DNA from: Takakia lepidozioides
Taxonomy: Eukaryota; Plantae; Bryophyta
Assembly (NCBI GenBank): GCA_030704615.1
Contig: CM060731.1
Span: 75,826,001-75,890,000, forward strand
Reading direction: 5' to 3'
Length of the DNA stretch: 64,000 nucleotides
Part shown: positions 1 to 13,100 of the stretch, one piece after another
Layout of the letters: the number at the start of each line of letters is the position of its first letter
Position numbering within the stretch: position 1 is the stretch's first letter
Notes under the pieces: model-generated
Databases searched by the model: none
What the model was told of the DNA's origin: nothing
Seen by the model: only the letters and a program-made list of their open reading frames with translations
Made by a program: the position numbers and the translations under genes

Positions 1-1859
1 AGACTTAAATGATTTAATGTAGTTGGGCGATCTATGTATTTTATCGATACCATATGAACACTTTATATCCGTAGATTCAGGAGAGAGTCGTCGTAAATCT
101 TTATCAGCTTTCAGCACAAATGCCCGTTCTTGAGGCGGTGATGTGTTTAGAAATATAAAAGTTCTGGATGAATGATATAGTGGTATAGATAAGACAACGT
201 ATGCAGCTAATTGAGCGGACATTTGCTGGGCATTCAAGAACACATTTACCATCTTACGGATTCTAACATTTGCATCAACTTGTTCTGATTTATATTTTTC
301 TATTGTACGAAATTCATTAGTAATAGTTTTATCTATCTTAGTTAAATAAGAAGTACAATAACTTGCTACAGCATAAGGATCGAGAATATATTGTGCATCA
401 ATATTAGCTTGCCACAATGGGCCAGCGTGGATACCAAATGCATTAGTACGGATATCTTTACATGTTCTATTTAAAAATAAAGTAGGTTTTTGCAATCTAA
501 TACGCAACGCACATATATATGTATGTAATAATGAAAGGAAGTCATCAAATGAAATATCTATACCCATATCCATTTTATTTAACTCAGTAGATATTTGAGT
601 TGATATCAATGTATAATGTTTTAAATCCTTTTTTGTTTAATTCTTCAGTGAAGGTTCCAAAATAGTAATACAAATCATTGGGGGCAATGGATAGTGAAAA
701 CGACATATAGCTTGATTTTTTTTTTCTACATGTCCGTTTGTGTCGATGGATTTGAGCTTCACGAAGACTAGGTGGAAGAACATTACTATCAGATGTTATA
801 TATTTATCCACAAAATCTTTAATTATCTTATTTTGGTCTATTCCATAAATGGGTGCATTAGCTAACATTCCATGGTCATGTTCACTATCTCTACTTTGAA
901 ATTTTGTAACATAGAAAAAATCACGTAGGGGTCCAAAAATGGTATGATCTTTTTTACATAGATGTCTAAAAGCACCCATTCGATGATCATAATATCGAGC
1001 ACATGTAACGGGGTCGGATCGGACTAACTTGGCAATGTGTTTAGTTTCTAAGTTTTGTATATTATCCGGAAGTGTGTGTTGACATCCTGGTGTATGCAGC
1101 AGAGTGATGGTCCCAGTTTTGGCTAGAGGTTGTGCTTTTGCACTTGTTGTGAAAAGTTCTAATTTTTCATAGTTGAGAGAATGAAGGATTTCTAATAGTG
1201 GTGTCCATTTACTTTCAGCACTTGTGAATGTGACAAAAAAAGTAGGGGGTCCTAATTGTCGAATCATTGCAAAAGCTTCTTTTTGAAGACGAGCCAAGTA
1301 ATCGGGCGATGTTCGTAATCGTTCTAGATCTCTACAGCCTAGATCTGAGCGCAATAGCTTATTCCAAATTTGGTTTTTCAAGGAGATCACATGTCTTTAA
1401 TTGTCTACCATGAAGTTTACCTTTACAAATACGAATCCAAGAAGATGAAGTAACCCAATGAATTAATACTTTTATAGCTTTTAAAAAAAAAATCGGAATA
1501 TGTCATGCAAAATCATGGTCTTTATGCAATAGTTCCCACTGTGCAATATCTTGATAAGATAAAGCCGACCAATTTGATTGAGGATGTCCAAAAAACAAGC
1601 TAGGAAAATTTAATTCTTCGCTATGAATATCTTGAAATAGACCTAATGGTTTGAAATCTTGACTAGGAGCTACCGTCAAAAGATCATCTTGAAATACTTG
1701 GATTTGTTCCGAAGTGAGAATATTTTCCACCAAAGTATCACTAGTAATATTTTCGATAACTTCCTCACAATTATCTCGAGTATTTTCGATAACTTCCTCA
1801 TAACTATCTTCATTAAGATAATGTTTTTGATTATTTTGTTCTGTTTGACGCAGGATCAT
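1..1859 (-). mobile_element. Degenerate Helitron-like (Helentron/HLE2-type) Rep domain; continues beyond the window start
   Basis: ORF 584-1390 has FAMIRQLGPPTFFVTFTSAE (Rep motif 1), DPVTCARYYDHR, and FFYVTKFQSRDSEHDHG (HUH motif 2). A frameshifted continuation at ~340-420 reads WQANIDAQYILDPYAVASYCTSYLTK (Y2 motif 3). ORF 1503-1859 has EELNFPSLFFG. Multiple frameshifts. Confidence 0.85.
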
Positions 1860-2305
1860 CCCACTTTTTCAAAACTGATGCGTGGTCTCTTCTTGAGGGA
1901 GGAGCCAATAAACCCCCTTACGAGGCCATGAGGGCAAACAGTTGCAGAGCCCCAGCCTGAAGACGAGAGAGACAGCTTACATGGGTTTGAACCCCAGACC
2001 CACAGGTTAATGCTTTAGCACCCGGCCTTGAGCAATTTTTGTAATTTTCGTAAGGGAAAAACATGGGCAAAAAAATAGAAAATAAAAATAATGGGCCCAT
2101 GTTCTAGATTCTGAACCATCCAGTATTAGATATAAAAACTTGATGTCCTCCGATAATGGCCGGCAATAAATCAATCAATTTTAAATGCCCGCTCAAAATG
2201 CTTATTTATTTAAGATAATAAGCACCTGCTCACCTTACAAAAGAAGAAAACATTTGAAAGAGAAGGAAGTCCTGAAGTAGATTGATAAAAGCAAAGAAAA
2301 ATAAC

Positions 2306-2774
2306 CAGTGTTGGATTGGTACCAGACGTATTACCAAACTTTCATACCAGTCTGGGGTCTACAATGGTAGATGATTTTTTTTCCAGATACTGGTATGAAT
2401 ATGAGTATCATGACCACAATACCAGCTGGTATGAGATATCAACTCTGTTATCATTCCAAAACCACCTTGAATTACAAATTTATCAATAGCAAGTATCAAG
2501 TGAAAACAAATAATTTAGTATACATAAAGAAGTAAATATATACTAAGTACAAATATATAGGCATATGTACACATAAATTAATATAGTATACATACCAGAG
2601 TCAATGAGGAAGACGGTGGGGGAGTACTGATATTGTGGTTGGGTATGAAAGAACTGATAACAGCCTAGTCTGGTGTATGACCAAGTATTCTCCCAAATGA
2701 TACCAGACTGGTCTGGTATCTAATACCAGTGCATGTACCAATATATACCAGTCTTTCACCTATTTCCAACACTG
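2306..2774. mobile_element. hAT-type MITE (~470 bp)
   Basis: TIR CAGTGTTGGA (2306-2315) / TCCAACACTG (2765-2774). 8-bp TSD AAAATAAC / GAAATAAC (7/8 match). Many internal ATACCAG/CTGGTAT subterminal motifs. Confidence 0.8.
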
Positions 2775-4479
2775 GAAATAACCTCGTATTAAGGCTCAGA
2801 GAGAAGGGTTACCTAGTAAGCACCGGGTGACCGGACCCACACCGGGGAATCGATAAATACTAAGACCTAACCAAGAGTCTAATGATTAAGCCGCAGGATA
2901 GAGACTATGGACGTCGGCGGACCAAGCAATCTAGTCTAGAATCCACTGGAGATCGCAGACTGATCTATATGATGTACGAAGTTCTTTGAACACTTGCGAA
3001 GAAGGGTTAGATGAGCTTTGACCTTGGAGTTGCGATGTTTCCTCAACGTCCTCGAAGCCGACTTGCAATGGCCATTGGGCTAGGTGAATTCCTAGGACTG
3101 ACGAAGCCGGTCCGTGTGGAAGAGGGACGTTGGTATAGTGTGAGAGTTGGGTATGGGGGTTTTATGTTTTTTTAACCTTGGTCATAGGAATTATATGTTT
3201 TCAAAATAAAAACAAACCATAAGTGGGTATAGAGGACTGGTGCATTTATAGAGTACAACTGCACCAACTCGATAAACTACGTGGCCTATCTATACAATTA
3301 TAAACATTGAATACAATCTGAATCATTTTCAAGAAAAATAAATTGAAAGGTCCAAATCACCTACAAATCAGAACATATTATTCATTTAGAAAATCATTGT
3401 AATATTAAAATATTTTTGGTGGTTCACCTTCAACGAAAAATAAATGACACCATATATAAACTCTAATTTAACCAGGGTTTCGCATGGCGAAACCTGGAGT
3501 TGTATAGCCAGCAACGCTAAACCTAGTATGGCAGCGGTGGTGGCGAGTTTCGCATAGAGAAACATTTGGTGATATAGCCACAAACCTAATCAACGGTGGG
3601 TCTCGCATTGACAAACCCTTAGTGACATATATTGAATCCGAACTTTCTATAGGAAAATCCCACCACCCTACACTCTACAATCCCACATCCAAAATTGGGC
3701 TTTCAATGCCCAATATTTGGGTGGTCTTTGCATAATATTCAAGTTTTGATATTCATGTTCAGTATCATGAGAGAGAATAGGGTTTAGGATATATGTTTTG
3801 ATATATTCTATGGCATATTCAAATGGAAATCTCTCTAGGTACGGGGAGTGTAACTATATTTTTTCAGTTTTTCCCTGAGAAAGTATATCTCAAAATATAA
3901 AAGTAGTTTTAGGGGTCAAACGTTTGCCCCGCGAAATTTTCGATGGCGAGGACTTTAAATGTGACCTGAAGTCACTGCCCCACTCTCGCGCCTATTATGA
4001 AAAGGGTCTAGTATCATGTGAGCACAAAGTGAGGAAAATCCACGCCTATAGGGTAACATGTTTATGAAGTATAGGGATAACTTGTTCTTTATGAGTTGTA
4101 ACTAGTGCTCATGTGAACCGTTGGAAATAGTCTCGCAGGTTTATGAGTTCCACAAATTATTGTTTAGCTGGAAAATATTCTCCAGGTATTGGGGGAACTC
4201 GCAACCTCTATGGAGGACGCAACTTTATCTTCCTAGTGCCGCTCTTAAAACTGCATCCCTCATTCTTGTGCACATCTGCAGACATCACCACCAACTAAGC
4301 CTTACGACATCTTTCAAAAGGGGGGTTGGTATTCCGTGAGCACGGCGTGAGCACAACCCACAGTCATGGGGGTTGTATGTTTTTAAACCGCGGTCATAGG
4401 AGTTACATGTTTTGAGGCACGGTGCATTTATAGCCATGGGCAGTTGCACCAAAACGATAAATTATCTGATCTATATTTC

Positions 4480-4857
4480 AATTTCGCATTGAGAAATTAA
4501 AATTTAGTAGTAGTTTCGGGAGTGAGAGTTTTAATTTTGCATTGAGAACAACAACAATATGACGTCTCCCGAAGGGAGCGTAACTTATGGTGTCACTTGA
4601 CCCCGAAGGGCTACTGCGGACACCTTCATGACACACCATACGGTGGTTTGAACCCACATCCACATCCAACATGGTATGTGCCCATTACCACTGGGAAACA
4701 TGCTGGTTCATTGAGAAATTAAAATTAAGTGGTAGTTTCGGGAGTGAGAATTTTAATTTCGCATTGAGAAATTAAAATTAAGTGGTAATTTCGGGAGTGA
4801 GAGTTTAATTTCGCATTGAGAAATTAAAATTATGTAGTAGTTTCGGGAGTGAGAGTT
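4480..4857. repeat. ~52-bp tandem minisatellite (~4 copies) interrupted by a SINE
   Basis: Unit TTCGCATTGAGAAATTAAAATTAAGTGGTAGTTTCGGGAGTGAGAGTTTTAAT recurs at ~4482, 4709, 4758 and 4810. Confidence 0.85.
4549..4708 (-). mobile_element. tRNA-derived SINE (~160 bp)
   Basis: Flanked by a 9-bp direct repeat CATTGAGAA (4540-4548 / 4709-4717). The minus strand has an A-box-like TTCCCAGTGGTAA, a B-box GGTTCAAACC and a (TTG)n tail. Confidence 0.75.
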
Positions 4858-5163
4858 CTGTCTCCATAAATTATCCATGGCTCTGCGCCCTTTTCTCAAG
4901 TCTATCATGGAAAGGGGCTAGTATCGGGTGAGCATAGCGTGAGGAAATCCCACGCCTATAGGGTAACATGTTTACCATGTATAGGGGTTACTTGTTTCTT
5001 AAGTGTTGATGTGAGGGCCTATATGAGCAGTTAAAAATAGTTTCGCAAACCGGTTTCGCTGAAGACTGTTTGGAAGGCATCTTAGGAATATGCGATATAT
5101 TCGCTTGTGCTCATGTGAGCATGCTCACTCGCTACCCAACCTTGCCATGAGAAAAAATAAAAT

Positions 5164-5515
5164 CAAGTAGGTAGCAGGATTTGAACCCAGCTTCACCTTG
5201 GTGGAGCTCAATTATTTTATTTATTTATATTTACCACAATCCAGACAAAAGGCTCCATAAAGGCTCATGCAAATGATACCATCCCCTCCAAGGCCTGACA
5301 TAAAGGCTGTAAAGACCAGTTATCATTTTCTATTAACAAGGGGACAGCCTTAGATCAACCCATTCATTATTATGCCAAAAAACTAAGAACCCCAATTGCT
5401 CCCACAACTTAATCTTTATTTGCAAAAAAGAAAAAGAAAAAGAAAGGGGGAAGAAGCCCTTCAGTAGATTGCCAGGTCCAGATGATTCTGGGGTCAAATC
5501 CTGCTACTTACCTTG
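5164..5515. repeat. ~27-bp imperfect inverted repeat pair, MITE-like
   Basis: AAGTAGGTAGCAGGATTTGAACCCAG (~5165) versus the reverse complement of CTGGGGTCAAATCCTGCTACTTACCTT (~5488-5514). Confidence 0.45.
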
Positions 5516-7138
5516 ACTGTGGTATGTTCTTCTCCCCCTTCCCTTGGGCAGTGTCCCGTCCAAAAGCCTTCACGGCAAGGTTACCGTGAAAAGAGGTTAT
5601 TTTCTTCCCTCACTATAATTAAGGGGCTTGATGTGTGAGCTGGTGCTCCTAGGTGTTTCCCTTTTTGAAAAACAAAAAATAAAAAGCCAAGAAGAAAAAC
5701 CTTGTGGTGTCAGGGGAGGGGCCATGGAGGCTTACAAAGGGGGGACAACAACCCACAACCGCCCAGCTCGTAAGGTCAAAAGACCGGCAAGGGGTCCACT
5801 AAGCCAATAGCTAGCCAACCGACCTTGCTACAAATCGACGTTAACGAATCAAAAACCAACACATAAACCATCACATACTTGTCCGGACAACCTCGTCGTT
5901 TGAACTGCTGCAACCTACACAGTGTTTTTGTTTTTGTTTTGGTTACACTTTCACATGATATTGAAATATTACTATAAAATAAAACTCAACTAAGTTCTGT
6001 TTAGATTTTTTTTTTTTGGATAAAGGGATTGAAGACCCATTAACTTTATAAAAAAGGTGGACAAGTCGTCCAGAAGTACGTGAGGGAAAAACAACCTCAC
6101 CTAGACCTCAGAAAATTCAGTGCCAAGACCCTCAAGTTGGAAATTCTATAAATAACTAACTAATCAGGAAAAATACAAGAAAAATAGAAACAACTATTAA
6201 AGTATACTATACCTAGCTGTGACCAAGTCAAAAGGACATGTCAATAATCAGTCGAGGTGACTATTTTCAAAATAGGCATCTCGTTCGGGCCCCCAATTAT
6301 GACCTTTATGATATATATATATATATATATATATATGACCTTTATGATATTTACAGATGGGGTATACTAAGGTACTAGTATGGTTGGATGTATTATACGA
6401 TATATTATATATGAGAGTAGGTATAGAGTATGGTGAGTGTTGGTCTGTGTGTCCGTTGCAGCCTGCGACATTATCGCTCCCTGTCTCGCGCTTTGTTGCC
6501 ATCGCTTCTCTCTTGCCTCAAATTTCTCCGTCTCCATCGTCTGCCGCTGCAAGCTCTGGCATTTTGTGACCGTGGTTTGTGTGGAAGTGATGGAGAGATG
6601 AGGGGAAAATTTGGAATGCATTCGGTACAGGATGTGTGCAGGGTGGATGTTTCCCGTCTGTCGGATTTGATCCAAGATTTGATGGTGGTTTGTAGAGGAA
6701 TTCCAGCTTCCTGAGCCCTGGAAGTTGTTTCTAGCCCTGGCATCATCCAAGTGTGTAGATGTAGGGTTGGTTTTCCTTGTATTTGCTCGATGTGTTGATG
6801 GTATCCCCGGTGATGTGGTGCATTTTTTGCCATCAAGTGAAATCCCCTCCTTGACCGTGGTATTCGAAACATCCAATTTCACAAGAACATTCTCCATCCT
6901 CAAATACTCCACCTTTTGTTTCCCCCCTCTCTTACTCTTCCTCGCTCTTTGCTAGGAGCCTTTACGATCTTCCACTATGGATTTGGCCTTCGTCTGAAAT
7001 CCCTTCTTTCAAGGCTGCCGGTGTTGAGAGGTTCGTACAATGAAATTGCTACGCACCATTTCCAGTCCCTTCCCTTTCTCTAGATTGGCAGGAATAGCTT
7101 GAGGGATATACTGGTCTATTACTTAGGCAGCACAGAGA

Positions 7139-10100
7139 ATGGCGAATGCAGAGGTTTTCGACTCCTTTTTTCGGAGGGCAGACTTGGACCACGATGGGCG
7201 CATAAGCGGTGCAGAGGCTGTGTCATTCTTTCAGGGTGCCAATCTGCCTCAAATAACGCTGGCTAAGGTAGTAATCCTGACCTTCATACATAACTCTGTA
7301 ATCTTCCCTTGTGCATCACGTATTCGACTATACTGTCTGTCTTTCAAACCTATATTGCTGAGATTTTCCTCGTAGCCCTAGAATCTCTTCTCTAAAGGCG
7401 AGACTCCTGGTGGGATATGACGAGGATGCATTAAATAGCTCCTGTCCACACACTTTCTGTGTCTGAGGTTCAAATTAGATGTATTCTGTGCAGGGCCTGC
7501 TAGATGTTGCATGGCTTAGATCCAGCTCTTGTAAGAGCTCTGCGAAGATTCCGTAACCAGGAAGAGGGATAAATAACGTTCTTTGGCACAGTGACCCCAA
7601 TGTTAGTAAATCTCATTTGTTGGTGGCTGGTGGCAGCTTGCTAGTAAGGAAACTACCTCTAGTTGCTCTACTGCACACCTGACTCGCATTTTTCCCAGGC
7701 AATGACCAGGGAAAGGGAGGCCTCATTGGACGACTGAATGTTAGGGAGGGATTCATTTCAGGTTGTGCTGTAAGCTTGTGGAATATTGCAGTGGTGTGTT
7801 GTGAATGGGTCAAGACCCCACTGCAACCTAGTTCTTGCCACTATTTACTGGGTTCTCCATTCAGTGGAATTTCCTTCAATGTGCTGTGGTTTGACTAGCA
7901 AAATACCAGTGTCATGAGTATTGGTAATAGATGGTGGTTTGGAGTTCCATTTTCCTAGGGCACCTGAGGGTCCACATATGTACACTGGAACATGTTCTCT
8001 GTCTTCCCTTAGCCCTTGCCCTTCCTCTTACCTTTCACTAGGTGAAAGCACTAAGAAATCCACTCCTACTCAAGCAGATTCATCGGTCCTGAGGACGGGG
8101 ATCAACGTTTGGAGGAAGCATACATCTGCTTCCTTCATTATCTTCCGAAGTTTGACTTGTAAAGGGATTGTATTCTGACAAATCTGCCATGGAATTGGAT
8201 CAACTGAAGTGTGACGTTTCATGGAAATGGCCTAGACTATTTTTCATACAAGTTGAGATAGTTGAAATAGTTGTAAGAAGTGCATGCATTCCTTATATAG
8301 GTGTTGGGCTACCCTTGGTGGATTCTGCTGATATTGGCCTGTCATATCTCTGCCCTAGGGATGACTGTTGATGGCAGATACTGTCTTAGAGCTAAAAAAC
8401 AGCTGGGATAGGAATTATTAACTGTGGAGATGAGTTCCCTGGTTACAACCTCTATGATGTCGTTTAGGCTTTCATCAGACCTTTTTTACTAGGGTTGAGG
8501 CTTCCTGCTGGACTTTGCTGGACCTGCATTCTTTGACAATCATAAGAGTAATGTGAGTACCACGTAAGTAACTGCCTGGGATTTGAATGGTCGGTTTCAG
8601 ATTTGGCAGTTTGCTGATCAAGGGCGGACAGGGTTCCTCTCAAGGCTTGAATTCTACAATGCCTTGAAGCTGGTGACTGTTGCGCAAACTGGGAGGGACC
8701 TCACACCTGATCTAGTTCGCGCAGCTTTGACGGGCCCTGCGGCTGCCCAAATCCCACCTCCTCAAATCAACACTCCCCTGCCGCCCTCCTCAGGCTTTGG
8801 GCAGTCCCCCCACCCTTCCCAGAACTACCCACAGGCAGGACCACAAGGAGGAATATCAGTGCCTCCCCCTCAGCAGTTCTCTTCAGCACCCCAAATTGTG
8901 CCGCCTCAAGGTCGCTACCCTTCAGCCAGCAGTCAATTGCAGGTAGCCTCCACTCATTCTGTGCAGCCCCTGCCTAGGCCTACCGCGCCTGCATCAGCCG
9001 CACAGCAGCCGCGTTTATCAGGAACTCTTTTTACCACAGATGCGGCCTGGCCTCCTGCCAAAACTTCCGGGCCACCAGCTGTGTCCCAGGTCTCAACAAC
9101 TACAACTCCCTCATCGGTTTCCAGTTTTCAAGCAACGCCAACCTCAGTCACATCTAGGCCATTACCACCCCCAATAACGACACAGGGGCCAAAGCAGGAT
9201 GGCTTTGGTGGGCCATTTCAGGCAAGTACAGATCTGTTTGGTGGTGGGTTTAAAGCAACTCTTGGCAGTGATGCCACCTCTATCAAAGTTGATGGTTCAT
9301 CTGGAGTGGATCTGTTTTCTGCAGCCCTGCCCACAAAGCCCTCTGGGGTGCCATCCTCTTCTCAGCCAAAGCCCAGCCCAGCTTTGCAAGGGTTTGGCGA
9401 ATCTTCATTCCGGACAGAGCCAGTTGGATCTATAGAGGTGGGCCAAGGGTTTAATTCGCGGCCGCTTTCAAACACTGGACTGTCACAGTGGCCTCGGATG
9501 ACCCCAAATGATGTACAGCGCTACACTCGCGTGTTTAACAAGGTGGACACAGACCATGATGGAAAGATTACAGGGGAACAAGCACGTGAACTCTTTCTGA
9601 GCTGGCAACTTCCAAGAGGTGGGTCTTTCTCCTCCCAGATATGTTGGAGGAATGTAATGCTTATGTTTACCTCCTTTTGTCGTTGTACATGGCCAACAAT
9701 GAACCTCCAGGCCTGGCATTACTCTGGACTCTGGAGTACGTCGCGGCATATTATTATGCCGTTTGAACTTGAGGGCTCTAGACTGATGTTTGCCGTTTTT
9801 CTAAAACAAAGCACCCATGTTGTTAATTTTGTTTTAGGCACAACTCACGATGTCGCAGTATGCATTTCAGAGCCTAGCGATTCATCCAATTGTACCATCA
9901 CTTCCAACACTTGAGACATGACTACTTCCAATGTTCCACTAATTTTTTTTCCTGTATTTTGTGATTTCAGAGGTGTTAAAACAGGTATGGGATCTGTCAG
10001 ATCAAGATGGTGACAGTATGTTATCTATGCGTGAGTTTTGCACTGCCCTTTATCTTATGGAACGCTACAGAGAAGGCCGGTCCCTGCCCCCCATGCTCCC

Positions 10101-13100
10101 TACTGGCATACACCTCGACGACTGGCAAGCTCCTCGTGTCCCTGATGCTCATGGGCCTTCCCCACAGGTCCCTGCTAGCTATGGCAGACCTGCCTGGCAA
10201 CAGATGCCAGGTTCTGTTCATCTCATGTTTACAATGCCAAGTACTATTGTAATACATGTTGTTGTCATAAAATATGTGTTCATCTGGAATCTGAAGGTGT
10301 TAGTGTGTCTCTCTTCCTCTCCTAGCTGTAGTGATTACTTACTGACAATGGTATACTTGACTCTAGGTGCACCTCAAACAATGGTTCCAGGTATTGGCCA
10401 AGCGCCTGTGCAACCTGGGCGGCCAGCAGCACAGTTTTCTTTGCAAGGGGCCACTTCGAGGGACATGACTACTGAGGCTGGCCACCAAGCATATAAGTCC
10501 AAAATGCCATTCATGGAGTTTAATATGGTGAAGCAAGTGAGCCGTGATGAGCGAGAACCGATTCCATCAAAGCATAAAGATGGGGTAGAGACAGATAAGA
10601 AGGTACCTCAGTCTTTTTCTCTTTCTCTTTTCATACTAGTTAGCCTGTTGAAACTGGATCTGAGTGGCAGGTGTTGTTTCCATGGCTAGATTAAGAATGT
10701 TGGAATCAGCAGTGTGACTGTAATCTGCTGGTTAAAGTGGATGGGGATGTAGGCTGTGCATCGACATCATTTGAGAAAGTGTATCGTGGTAGTGAGTACT
10801 GTATAGTGGGCTTGGCAATGACCATCCTAAGAGGGAATCGATTTGGAAGGTTGAGTGGCGTTCCACTTCTGACTTTTACTCAACTGGGGCAATTAGTCAC
10901 TTTATTGGTGGCTGAAATCCTGACTGGTATCTGGTATCTATTTGAAGGCTGATGTTTTATGGTACTCGGTGGCAGGTCTATGAAGTGGACAAGCAGATCA
11001 TGGACTACAAAGAGAAGACAGAGTACTATCGAACTAAGCTGCAAGAAATAGTAAGAGGCCTGACAAATGTTTGGGTTGTGCAGTTTTTTAAGGTCTAATG
11101 TCCACTGTGCTGAACTAATATGTAGATGGAATAAAGTATAAAATACAGACAAGTTTTCCCCACTTGTTGTATGGTACCTCAAGATGGGGCAGGGGGTGCG
11201 TGCTATCTTTTCAGTAAGTAAATCAGAATGCTCCAAGCTACAGCCTACCCCTGCAAGCTACAGCCTACCTTTCGAACTTGACCTCATGTCTTTGTTTTTC
11301 GTATTCAGATGTTATGGTGAGCTGTATTAGTCCCTAACGAAGCATTGGCTTTGAGTATGGCAGGTTTTATTTAAGAGTCGATGTGACAACCGGCTAGCTG
11401 AAATCACAGAGAGGGCTGCTGCAGATAAGCGAGAGGTTAGACCCTATTGTTTCAGGTTGCTTTTAAATATGCTATTTGTTCTGTTGCAGCAGATCATTAC
11501 TACAGCTACCTCAAGCTTCCAATCCGTTATTCTGGAGTGTCTCCCTTTTGTCATATTTCTGCATGGGTCTTTTAGCATCTTTGGACTGAGAGTCAGTCAG
11601 CCTTCTTATCTCCGACCAAAAGTATGTTGTTAGAGTCTAGCTATACAGTCTATGTGCAGAGATACGCAAAGTCCAAGGCTTGTATGTCTAAGTTTTCTTG
11701 GTCTTAGGCCACTGAAAATCATGCGTGAATTGTTTCAGGTGGAATCATTGGCAAAAAGGTACGATGAGAAGTTCAAAGCTGCAGCAGAAGTCAACACACG
11801 GCTGCTTTCAGAAGAGGCAATGTTCCGTGAAGTTCAGGTCTGCTCATCTTTTCGAAATGGTTATACGACTGTGTAGCTGCAAATTTTTTTATCACAGACT
11901 AAAGTCGGGGATTTTCATCCATTCATGGAGTTCACTCTGTTCTGCAGGCTGCACGTTGAGGATCCCAGTGTTGGACCTTTGCTTAGTTGTGCACAGATAT
12001 AGTGACAAGGAAAGGTGTGGTCTGACTGTCTTCTGTAAACAAAATTTGGCCTTCAAAGGAGAAGACCCTGCAGGTGTTTGAGTGTATCTGAAGGTTAGAT
12101 GACAAGTGATAGAAATTCTCTACTGTGCTGGACTGCACAACCGTGGGCACCTTGCGTGTGTTTCAACCTTCTTCTGTTTTGTCCAGGAAAGGAAGATGGA
12201 AATATACAATGCAATCATCAAACTGGAACATGGGGGTGATCCCAATGGGCTTCTTCAGGTTTGGGGTCAATGGTCACTCTTAATTTGTAGTCGATGTACT
12301 GTAGCCTGTGAAATACTGTATTTAGTTCTCATGAGGATTAGGAGGATGTCTGAAATCCCAGCTGTGACCTCCATGCCCAGGTGCCTATTTCAGAAATACT
12401 TAGCTTGGTTTGCGGGATTGGGGGGAGGGTTGGGGGGTTGGGGCTGGTTGTTTGAGAGAGAGAGAGTGATCGTCAGCTTTAGCACCCTAGAAACTTAGTT
12501 GGGAATTATTTTGTGCCAGACGCGCTCCAATCGCATTTCAGCGGATTTGGGTGAGTTAAGGAAATCCCTGGATGAACGTGCCAAGCATCTAGGAATTCGC
12601 GTCAAAGCAACTGCTCCCACAGAGCTTCCCTTTGGTGAGTCTCGTTCCCCTGGAGAGAGGATAGGCAAGTTGTTACAATCCCTCCATGAAGGGTGTGTTT
12701 TTATTTTGCAACCAGCTAATTGATGTCTCAGGTCTAGCCATGACGAGGAGATATATTTTGTTCACCTTTCATTTGTGGGCCAGCTAGATCTAACATGATC
12801 TGGTAGCTGGGGATTTGTGTTGTAAAGCTGGCACCAGCTCACCTATGGGGTGCTGCCCTCCCCTAACCTAGCAGTTAGCCCTGAGGCCCCCTTGTTTGTA
12901 GCAGGCTGGGTGATAGGAACGCTCCCTCATCTTGTCCCCCTCATGATGGAGGTCTATGTCTGGAACTTCTCTCTTTTCTCTCTGTGGAATTCAGTAATTC
13001 CTTCTCCTCAACCACAAACATTTTCCCTCTGTCCCTCCCCAACGCCAAAACTGCAGTCAGGAGGAAAGTGATTGACTTATATTTGGTGGGGCTTCGAAAG

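Larger units (their letters stand above)
3150..5050. repeat. Two diverged direct copies of a non-coding repeat, probably a non-autonomous TE
   Basis: 3155-3290 resembles 4367-4470 (GGTCATAGGA..GTGCATTTATAG..TGCACCAA). 3985-4140 resembles 4895-5050 (CCACGCCTATAGGGTAACATGTTTA identical). Confidence 0.6.

Noticed and set aside
1960-2030. tRNA-like B-box (GGTTCAAACCC on the minus strand)
   Set aside because: No cloverleaf; at most a SINE remnant, not a tRNA gene.
6248-6955. Overlapping ORFs upstream of the EH gene
   Set aside because: No recognisable motifs; likely promoter, 5' UTR or intron.
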